A stretch of 64,000 nucleotides of DNA, from assembly GCA_012295275.1 (NCBI GenBank), contig CM022677.1:19034001-19098000 (forward strand), read 5' to 3'. Origin of the DNA: Chrysomallon squamiferum. Its lineage: Eukaryota; Animalia; Mollusca. The notes under the pieces were generated by a model. That model had not been told where the DNA came from. It saw only the letters and a list, made by a program, of their open reading frames with translations, and searched no databases. The translations under genes and the position numbers were made by a program. This document shows, one piece after another, positions 53,479 to 64,000 of this stretch. The number at the start of each line of letters is the position of its first letter. Positions within the stretch are counted from its first letter, which is position 1.

Positions 53479-56400
53479 GCTTTCAGAATACAACCTTCAT
53501 TACGCAGACCACCTCCGAATAACGGACAGTCAACTCTCTTCAGAAGACCACTGACACGTTCGCGTCGACCAAATCGCGTTGACGTCACAAATAAACAAGC
53601 TCCTTATCTTCGATATCCTCCTCAATCCAAAACCAAGGCAAAGTTCAGGACAGCACGTACCAGAACGCTTCAACCTGCTTCTGTTCGGACGCACGGTTCA
53701 GCAGACAACAATGTATTATTATTATACAGTAACCATGGCGACAAGAAGAATAGCAACCAGCCGCAAAATGGCTAACAAGGAAATACAAGCAATATTATAA
53801 GAATTCAGGTACAAGCTCGAACAATGTCCAAGCACGCCTTTCCAGCGTAGCTAACCAGAATGCCCGGTTTCGTCGCAGAAAAGCGATTTCGAAATCGTCG
53901 CGCAGGTTTCATTCAAGGACGCCTTCACTGCCCCAAACGAAACGCAATACAGTGTTACAGCGAAGATCGTTATCTGGATATGGCTACCAGTTTCAGCGAA
54001 ATGGCAGGTATGGGAAAATCGCTGAGAATCACGGGGGTCGCATAATGTTCCACGTAAACGTCACGTGACTGGCCACCCGCTGCGGAAACGTCAAACACAA
54101 CGCGGTGGTTTTGTCGCCGCCGTCTACAGTCCAGCTCGTTCGGGAAGCCGACAACGGCCGAAGCAGCACCATGTGACTTACGCCAGGTACCAGCTGGGGA
54201 GTTCGGTCATTCCCGTCCGGTTTATAGACGGTAGTAAAATTGGCAATCAGAGACGTTTGATCCACGGAGTTCCAGCGTATTTTTACCAGAACAGGATCAA
54301 CGCCGCGCGTTTGGGGATGACGCATCAACGACCTGACGCAATTGGTAAACGGATGGTAAATTCCGGTGGTTCAAAATACCGTCAAGTGCAGCCGAAACGT
54401 CGAGTTGGAACAGCAAATCAAGCCAGTGTCAGGTTGGTAATTCCCGTCCGCGGTAGACTGGTAATTTCCGACAGCGGCAGGGTGGTAATTCCAAATAACG
54501 CTCGAGTGGTAATTCCAAACAATGCTAGGCTGGTAATTCCGGACAGTGCCAGGGTGGTAATTTCAAATAACGGCAGAGTGGTAATTCCGGGGACCGGAGG
54601 AGAGTTGTTACGTCATAAGATCCCGAAAGGTCAGACATTTTATCCTGCTTTTGGATTCGTTAGAAACAGAAATAATGAGATGAAATTTTCACCTCAAGGA
54701 AACAATATCGCTGGTTCTGGTGCAGTTTATGCTCGACATGTCGGTAGAAGTTTTAGAAAAGGAAGAAAAATGCAACAAGTACTTAAAAACTCCAGAACGA
54801 GAAGTAATACGAACGGTCATTATTTCCGTGGGAAAGACTCTAAAGTTGTGAATCGGAACATAAAGTACGTTAAACTTGTACCAGTCTTGCAGCCCCAAAT
54901 CATCATCACGAAAGCCGTGCCGGTTGCCAAGGAAACGAAATTTTCGCTTCGTCATTTAGCGTCTGTGACGGATGAAATTCAGTCTCGACCATCTTTGGAT
55001 GTTCACAGACCGTCCCCTTTAAAAACAGCGACCAGCAGCTCCAGGACGTAGTGTCCACGTCATATGAGCCAACGTCGTCGTTAAAGAAGAAAGAAACCGG
55101 CTCAGGAAATTTACGAAATGTTAAAGATCATCAACCACAGTACAACGTATTGCCAAGCGAAAGTACGCCGTCACAAAGGAACGCACTTTCTGATAAAAAT
55201 GGATCGTTTTCGAGACGTTATCGAGAAAATTCAGTAGACGCAGCTGCAGGAGAAACCGAAGCAGATTCACAGAGAATGCCAAGAAATCGAAGTCTTGGTA
55301 GTCGTCGAAGAAATGGTGAAAATATTAACGTTGGGAATACGAAAGTTGAAGCTGGTCACGCGGATCATCATGAAACACAAACGTTGAAGGAAATGTTGCC
55401 AGTGAATCATACTCGAAGCAAAGAGAAGTTGGAAACTAAACTAGATCATCTTGGGAATAACATGTCGTTGATCGCTGAGCATCAAAATGTCAAACCCAAA
55501 ACGAAAAATAACCAACACATTAATTACACGGGACTGAAAGAGACTGGTGGGTTAAATACGTCTTCATTTTCTGAAAATTATACTAAACACAATGAAAGTT
55601 TCACTGACGTCGATCTGAAAAATATCACCGACGTTTTGGAAAATTCCGTAACTGGCAATTTCAGTGATCATAAAGTCAAAAATTTGCAAAAACTCACCAA
55701 ACCTTTTGTAAAAAACGGAACAGTTACGAATAAAACTACATTAATTACACGAGAAAATACCCACAAACCTGAAGGAACTACGAAAATTCCTGCTGACAAA
55801 GGAGCTTTAAAACAAACGATGAGATCGTCGTCAAATAAGGTAGAAAGTAAAACAGAATCTTCTTTGTACGAAAACGAAACCAAGATGGCACCAGCTAAAT
55901 GGAAAATGGGTTTTGTGAAAACTAACGTTAGCAGTCTTCAGAGAAGTATACTGAAGGTGCAGCGACTTTTGAAACTGATTAAAAGAATTCAGAAACAAAG
56001 TTTTCATTCTGGACCTGGACATAATTCTGAAAATTTTGTTTCCTCTGTTAAAAATTCAGGTGGCCGTAATGGAGGGATTAATCCTATTGTACGTGATACT
56101 GTTACTCAGAGAACCAGTGGAGTGGAATATTCAGGTGGTCGGTATACCGAGGGTGTTCATGGTCATCTTGAAACCGTTACTCGGAGAAACAACGGTGCGG
56201 AATATTCAGGTGGTCGTTATACCGAAAATATTCCTGCTACTGTCGGAATTGTCACACAAGACACCAATACGTTGGAATATTCAGGTGGTCGTTATACCGA
56301 GACTGTTCCTGCTACTGTCGGAATTGTCACACAAGACACCAATACGGTGGAATATTCAGGTGGTCGTTATACCGAGACTATTCCTTCTACTGTCGGTATT

Positions 56401-59400
56401 GTCACGCAAGACACCAATGCGGTGGAATATTCAGGTGGTCGTTATACCCAACACGGTGGAATATCCAGGTGGTCGCTATACCGAGAGTATTCCTACTGTT
56501 ACTGAAAGAACAGGAATGCTGGAATCCACAGCTGAAGGGAGTGTTTCAGATTCATTTATTTCTAAACCCAGCCGCGATGTTCTACGTTTCTGGTAAAGAC
56601 AAAATTCTAAATATGCCTTCTACACTATCAGACGATTACCCATCACGTGGTACGGCTATTCCAGGTCACGTGACTACAGCCGATTCCTCAACTGACGCAA
56701 ATGTCGTTAAGGACTTTATGAACGTTCATTCTAACGACGCCTCTGAAAAACTTAAAAAAACTAAATATACCGTCGGTTACAGAATTGATGGTCCAAGCAC
56801 GCGTAGTCCTGTTACTGCTGGAGGTCACTACCGAGAAAGTATGTCCAGGCTGCAGCAGAAACTGAAGAAAATAATCTCGGAATATTTACGACGACGGAAC
56901 AGGCAGTTTGTTAGAAAAAGTCGCGAAAGACTGAGTCATCATTCTAACACAACAACCAAGCCAGTGATACTAACTGTTGTAAACCGCAATGCAAAGTTGA
57001 CGACTGGATTTGTGAATAACCAAGATGCACAGGAAAGGTCTTCAGTTTCTACTTTGAATACGAAAGAAGCTTCTGCTACAGCTATGGATGCATCAACAAC
57101 GTCAGCAACGATGCTACTAACATCGGCCGTGATGACAGCTAAAGTACCGGTGACAAGTATGAAGACGCCAACGACAGTCACGCGGTCAGCACCGCTTACC
57201 ACAAAGAAGCAAAATGTTACCACTGAGCTAACAACAACAACGACAACGGCCGCTACAACACTGTCTACAAAGCCAGGACTACTGCGGCAGCATCGTCTCT
57301 CCAACGAAACAAGAAAAGCTCTGTTGAACATTCTGAATGCGTCACCTCTTTTAAAATGGCTGCTTCCCGCCAAATTTACAACTGATCGGCGGCGTGTTGC
57401 TCGACCAAAACTCACAATAGATCACGTGATCAACGAGATTAACTCTACAGCCAATGCCGTCCGGGCGAAACAGGTGAAAGAAACGGCAACAACGACGTCA
57501 CAGACTAAACAGGCAGATACGACGTCTCATGCAAATCGGACGGATATAATATCAGATATGACGTCACAGGCCACACATACACGTACTGAATCAGATATGA
57601 CGTCACGGGCAACACATACACGTACCGAATCGTATATGACGTCACAGGCCACACATACACGTACTGAATCAGATATGACATCACAGGCCACACATACACA
57701 TACTGAACCAGATATGACGTCACAAACCAAAGAAGTTGGTATCTTTACTAAAACCACTCAGAAGACGCCACAGAACATAACAGGCGAGAAACTACTGGTG
57801 ACGTCACATGCTAAACAGTCTGACGTAACTCTGCACAAGACGTCATATGCAACACCGGTACAAATGGATACAAATTCATTACAAATGACAACAGAAATCA
57901 ATCCGATTGGTGGGAAGGAGAAAAACAGAAATGCATATGAAATCAAAACTGTAGAAACTACAAAACCTTCATCTGACTTGAAATCGGCTAACATTAAGAA
58001 TTTGATGCTCAGTAATTCCGAAATTTCGGATAAACATTTAAATCATATCTTTTATCATAACAGCACAAGCAGTTTAAACTCTACAGGTGAAAATAAAATA
58101 AACACCAACAGAGAAAAACAAATGCCACCAGATTCAGACGTTAAAATTATACCAAATAATACCAGAGGAATGAAAAGGGAATCTGGCATAACAAACTACA
58201 CGACGACTACGTCAACACAACGACCACGCCCTGTCCACGGACCTGCATATACCGGGCAGTCGGATAAAGAACACGGGAGAGAAAAAAACTCAACAGCTAC
58301 TGCAACTGAAAATAAAGTCGAGAAGTCGGGTGTGACGTCAACGGTACTGAACACGTCAAAATCACTGCAGCTGTTACTTCAGGCTTTGTTCGGAATAAAA
58401 CTGAAAACTTCACCAGGTGTGGTGTTACGTGTAGAAAGTAGCCTTCCTGTTCACCAGGTGTTGCGCAGGCTGCCTGAGATAGTGAAACAGCTGGTAAACA
58501 AAACCGAAAATAAAGACAAAGGCACAACTAACGTCCGTGACAGAAATGATTATCTGCGCAAAAGCAAAACGAATTTTTACGATTCTTCTAAAGCGAAAAA
58601 GGATAACGGTATAACCCAAATCAGTCATTTTCCTAAATTAAATGAATATGGTAATGTTAACACTAATACGTTTATTCCTAAGACGAAGGAACACATAACA
58701 GCAAAACCCGGATTGAGTTATTTTATTACCACAGAAAAATCGGTGACAGTAAATAAAACTAAAAAAGCTAATATGAAACAATCAACGGGCAAAGAAAATA
58801 TTAATATTTATGGCAAGGATAACAAAAGAACAGAGAACGGTGAAAGTAAAACAAAAAACAGAAATAATAATAATAATAATTTCCAAATTGGCGAAGAATC
58901 AACTGCTGTTAACACACTTACAACCAGTAGTGTTTCCGAATCACAACAGTTAAACGGAATCCAGTCATCCAGTTCAACGGATCCAGCGGCGATCGATCCT
59001 CGACAAGAAAAAGTCGAAATAAATACCCCAAACCCGAAACGATGGATTTTAACAAAAGGAGACACATTTGACATGGACAAGCTTCGCGGAAATATGAATA
59101 CCAATTTGCAAGAAAGACAAGATATTCTTAACTCTGCCCTTAACAAGAAACAAACCCAGGAACTGAATCAAGAAAAATTATTTGGGACAGAAACCTCCCG
59201 AACCGTCAAAAGTAAAATAAATGATGCGACAAGTGAACTTGTACCGATGAGTACTGCTAATATTCCAGTCTTTTTCACTGAAGATCACAGAACACAGAAG
59301 GACGGGACAGTAACCACCAATATGATTAACACAACAGCACTAAAACCCGGTAATAATTCAGCTAGTAAAGACCCAAAGGAAACAAACGCGATGAATTACC

Positions 59401-62400
59401 TTAACCAGCTGACGGCGAACTTTTTCAAGTCGTCGGAGAAACCTTTGACGAAGGCTGCGAAAACCGAATCTCCCGTTCCAACCCTGAGCTCTTTCGAAGG
59501 AACCGTATTCAGTCTTATGGACAAAAAGTGGAACTTTTCGAAGTGGCACGCGTATGGAATGACGTCACACTATCACACTCCAGTTCCCGAACTGCACGCG
59601 AAAACAACGACGGCTGAAAGTTACATATCTCGATTAAACGAGAAAATGTTTTATCTTCCCAAACCAGTTAAAACATTAAACTGGACAGAACAAGGTTTTT
59701 CTTCAGAGACGTTGGTTACAAAGTCTGATTTTCAGACGTCAACGACCTCTACATACGTTGCCACATCAGGAACATCTCAACATTCACCTACCACGTCACA
59801 TTCGACGACTGATCAGAGTCTTTCGTATCCTTCAAACAAAGAAATTGACGAAATGTTATATGACGTCACAACAGAAACCTCTAATACCACACCATATAAG
59901 AATATTCCTCAAAACACAGTTACTATGACTACCAAAGACGAAGTAAATGACGTCACGGTGTCTAGAGAAAACAGTAACAAACGAAACGACACTCTAGATG
60001 CCACCGTTAATGTGCATACAGCCACAACGTCGCCAACGTTATTACCACAACCGGTCACGAGTGATGAGGTTTTACTGACTACAAGAAAACAGACACGTGC
60101 GAAAGAAGAACGGGAAATTATTTCCAAAGTGACTGCATCGTCTACGACAACAGTAAAACATACGACGTCAGCACCGTTAAATTTAGAACAGGAAAATGTT
60201 TTGGTAAAGACGAACAAGAGAAATCAGTACAAAAAAGACTCAGATACAGAAAAGAACACGTTTAAAGCTGGAACTTTTTCTAGCGAAAGAACAACGCCAG
60301 TTTACCATCAAGCTAAGTCTACACAAAATGACTCTTACCCACAAACTAACAATACTGAAACAACACCTTTGACCATCTTACACACGACAAGCCAAGGAAC
60401 ACCACATGAAAATGAATCAAGCACTGACGCAGATAACAATAAACATCAACAGAGCACTTCAACTGTTTCTACGTCTACGAAGACTTCATCATATGCAGAG
60501 ACAACAGCGAGTTATCAAAATACGCCGCAGCAAACAACAGCGTTGTGGAACGATCCAGCGAACATCGTAAAGATCATGAAAGCCTTACTGTCCAACTTCC
60601 ACATCATTCCAATATCGGACACAGACATCAGCGTCCGCAAAAAGGTGTCGAAAACGTTGCATCAGCAACAAATGACGACGTTGGAATCACCGCCGACAAA
60701 ACAGCCACCTTCTGGAAACAAACACAACGACAAACACGCGATTGGAAAACACGTTGATGTGGGACACAAGCAAGAAAAAGATGCTGAATCGTCACACAAG
60801 ATATCAGACAAGAAGTTAATATCAGAGGCTCTAAATTCTGAGTCCAGTATGCTGGGTAACACTCCACGACCTTCCGAGCAAGCTTCTGGCATCTCCTACT
60901 CGGATAAGAATATTAAGTCAGAGAATTTTGCTCATAAGGAAATGGTAAAGAAACAGACCACAACTGCATCAGTTCAGTTAAACACCAGTTTGACAACGAC
61001 TCGTTATACATCAAATACTGCTACTACAGCTTCACCAGAAATTTCAGGGATACCAAATCTAACTGTCACAGAATCAAACATTTTTCAAGGATCTCAGAAC
61101 ATGAACAAGACGGAAAAGGTTTAGCCATCCTTTTCATTCAACAACAGGCTCCAGTTACAAAGATAATTCAACAGAAAAATCTGGTATGTCCCGAACTATA
61201 TCTGCAGGTTTCAGTGAATCGTTTGATGTGACTCGCGCAGTTAAACATTTTAGTGATACAGATATTACCACGCCTTCAGGACGTTCTAGTAAATCGTCTG
61301 GTATGACAGAAGATTCAAACGTCAAGCATGCACCTGAATATTCGAAAGTCGTCTACACAGCTTCAAGTTCTGAAAAATCGTCTGGTTTGTTAAGGTCTTT
61401 AGAGACATTACATCATACTGAAAATAAGGCGAAGGATTCAAAAATTATATCGCACAACAACAACAGCAGCAGCAGTGTGTCAGGCAAATCAAACGCAAAC
61501 GCAGAAAAAACCGACGCGAAAACTGACAGGTTAGATGGAATTACAAATGCATTAGGCTCCGAGGACTTTGCGACTTCGCGATCATCCGTAATAGAAGAAT
61601 TAACATCGACAACTGGAAATACGAGTGAAGTGGGTTCAGAGGTCGTGACGAGCGAAGCCACTGTAACGAGAAGTACGTTAAGAGCTGATGTTCAAACTTC
61701 AACGACCTCTACAAACATTGTCACATCAGGAACATCGCAACATTCACCTACCACGTCACATTCGACGACTGATCAGAGTCTTTCGTATTCTTCAAACAAA
61801 GAAATTGACGAAATGTTATATGACGTCACAACAGAAACCTCTAATACCACACCATATAAGAATATTCTTCAAAACACAGTTACCATGACTACCAAAGATG
61901 AAGTAAATGACATCACGGTGTCTAGAGAAAACAGTAACAAACGAAACGACACTGTAGATGCCACCGTTAATGTACATACAGCCATAACGTCGCCAACGTT
62001 ATTACCACAACCGATCACGAGTGATGAGGTTTTACTGACTACAAGAAAACAGACACATGCGAAAGAAGAACGGGAAATTATTTCCGAAGTGACTGCATCG
62101 TCTACGACAACAGTAAAACATATGACGTTAGCACCGTTAAATTTAGATCAGGAAAATGTTAATACCAGAAAGGTCGTTTTGGTAAAGACGAACAAGAGAA
62201 ATCAGTACAAAAAAGACTCAGATACAGAAACGAACAAGTTTAAAGCTGGGACTTTTTCTACCGAACGAACAACGCCAATTTACCAACAAACTAAGTCTAC
62301 ACAAAATGACTCTTACCCACAAACTAACAATACTGGAAGAACACCTTTGTCCATTTTACACACGACAAGCCAAGGAACACCACATGAAAATGAATCAAGC

Positions 62401-64000
62401 ACTGACGCAGATAACAATAAACATCAACAGAGCACTTCAACTGTTTCTACGTCTACGAAGACTTCATCATATGCAGAGACAACAGCGAGTTATCAAAATA
62501 CGCCGCAGCAAACAACAGAGTTGTGGAACGATCCAGCGAACATCGTAAAGATCATGAAAGCCTTATTGTCCAATTTCCACATCATTCCAAAATCGGACAC
62601 AGACATCAGCGTCCGCAAAAAGGTGTCCAAAAAGTTGCATCAGCAACAAATGACGACGTTGGAATCACCACCGACAAAACAGCCACCTTCTAGAAACAAA
62701 GACAACGACAAACACAGGATTGGAAAACACGTTGATGTGGGACACAACAACAACAGCAGCAGCAGTATGTCAGGCAATTCAAACGCCAACGCAGAAAAAA
62801 CCGACGCGAAAAGTGACAGGTTAGATGGAATTACAAATGCATTAGTCTCCGAGGACTTTGCGACTTCACGATCATCCGTAATAGAAGAATTAACATCGAC
62901 AATTGGAAATACGAGCGAAGCAGGCTCAGAGGTCGTGACGAGCGAAGCCACTGTAACGAGAAGTACGTTAAGAGCTGACGAAGCTTCACTGAACACGTTC
63001 CCCACGACGATCCCAAATCTGAAGTCACGAAAAACCGACAGAAAAGAAACAGAAATGAACGAATCCACAACGCCGGGACTCGTCGTCGAAAAAGCTGCAA
63101 CAGAGTTACCTCCCTTGCCACACGTTCTCGATTCGTCTACAGTTGCAGCCGACGTGGACAAAATTCCTTTCGAAACTTTACTTGCTGGTCCAGCTAACAA
63201 TGACCTAACTGCTGGTGGATTGATAGTGAATCTCGACGTTTTGGATGCCAGCGATTTACCAATGTTGCTAGCGAAACTGGCCAATAATGTTAACGTACTA
63301 ATAATAAACACCGTTTCGAAAAACGAAAATGATACCGTAGCTGCAACTAACGTTTTCGCAGTCGTCCGAAATGAAAAAGAACAACGTAAACGAACTCGGA
63401 CGATCGGGAGTAACCGAGAAATCGTCCGGTAACGAAGTTACAACTGATATAGTTACGGACAGTAACACTAAACAGGAACAAGGTATTTTTGTTGTTAACA
63501 GACATTCTGTTAATGAAGATAGTCTAAGTCAAAACATAAATTCAGTAAATCTTGGTCATATCGGTCTGTCTGATAACAGAGATCTTCTAGCACACAGCCA
63601 TGGGTTAAAAAGCACATCGAGAAAAAGCATTAAGCAACCGTTTGAATCTTCAACGGATCCTACCAGTGCAAACTATTACACCACTCAGACATCACTACTC
63701 CAGGGCTTAGTACCAGCTGCAGGGAATATACTTTCTGGACAGAAGAGTAAAGAGCATTATTCCGTGCGTCACAGTACTGTTGCGTATAATCGAGATATAC
63801 GTCACGAGTCTTTGACGTCTACGTCATCAACTGGCTATCACGTGGACAGACACACGGAACACGGTAACGGTGCATATCGAGAAGAATACGTTACGACAAA
63901 TCCGACACACTCGGTTAGTTATGGTGAACTGTCGCGTACAGTCAGTGTTCCTGACGCTACTCAAGAAAACCGCCAGCATCGGCAACTGCAACGTCAGCTT
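53479..64000 (+). CDS. Giant exon 2 (>10.5 kb, ~3500 codons, incomplete): Arg-rich N-region then Thr/Ser-rich mucin-like region; ~7 frameshifts as assembled
   Basis: actttcag acceptor. Abutting or overlapping long ORFs (54065-55051, 55051-56505, 56469-61124, 61186-63432, then a frame open from ~63380 to the window end) have uniform coding-like composition and no intron-like AT tracts. Confidence 0.75.
54430..54590 (+). repeat. Coding 24-bp repeat, R[L/V]VI[P/S]xxx x7
   Basis: ggtaattcc at 24-nt period. Confidence 0.85.
56120..56495 (+). repeat. Coding 75-bp repeat (EYSGGRYTETVPATVGIVTQDTNTV), 6 EYxGGRYT cores
   Basis: gaatattcaggtggtcgttatacc every 75 nt; the fifth unit is shortened to 34 nt. 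Confidence 0.9.
57553..57725 (+). repeat. Coding 39-bp repeat (DMTSQATHTRTES) x4.5
   Basis: gatatgacgtcacaggccacacatacacgtactgaatca tandem units. Confidence 0.9.
59725..62980 (+). repeat. Intra-exon duplications: A (59725-60768) ~ A' (61685-62746); B (61452-61689) ~ B' (62741-62979)
   Basis: Near-identical DNA and peptide, e.g. SGTSQHSPTTSHSTTDQSLSY...GKHVDVGH twice and HNNNSSSS...VTRSTLRAD twice. Confidence 0.92.

Noticed and set aside
53750-63400. Programmed ribosomal frameshifting or small introns explaining the ORF breaks
   Set aside because: The shifts go in both directions, share no slippery motif, and have no GT-AG intron-like sequence at the breaks.

Overview
This is AT-rich, microsatellite-dense, intron-containing animal DNA; a lophotrochozoan, possibly mollusc or cephalopod, origin is only my inference from composition and gene style. 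From left to right: (1) the last two coding exons of PPCS (+, 212-1106). (2) A 17-exon protogenin/DCC-family receptor gene (-, about 10770-32107), which I reconstructed by hand as signal peptide, 4 Ig, 3 FN3, a TM helix and a long repeat-containing cytoplasmic tail. All ectodomain and TM exons join in phase, but the tail exons carry frameshifts. (3) A divergent, apparently non-coding spliced transcript (+, about 32.7-35.0 kb). (4) About 11 kb of mosaic duplications (35.4-46.3 kb) built from a dozen or more decayed TRIM-type RING-HC fragments, all on the minus strand, two of them amplified into tandem arrays. (5) A giant secreted gene (+, from 51491) with an Arg-rich then Thr/Ser-rich mucin-like product, whose >10.5 kb second exon is broken by about 7 frameshifts and runs off the window. 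Most ORFs in the supplied track are microsatellite artefacts. Family calls come from recalled motifs, not database searches, and without reads I cannot tell assembly errors from real frameshifts.
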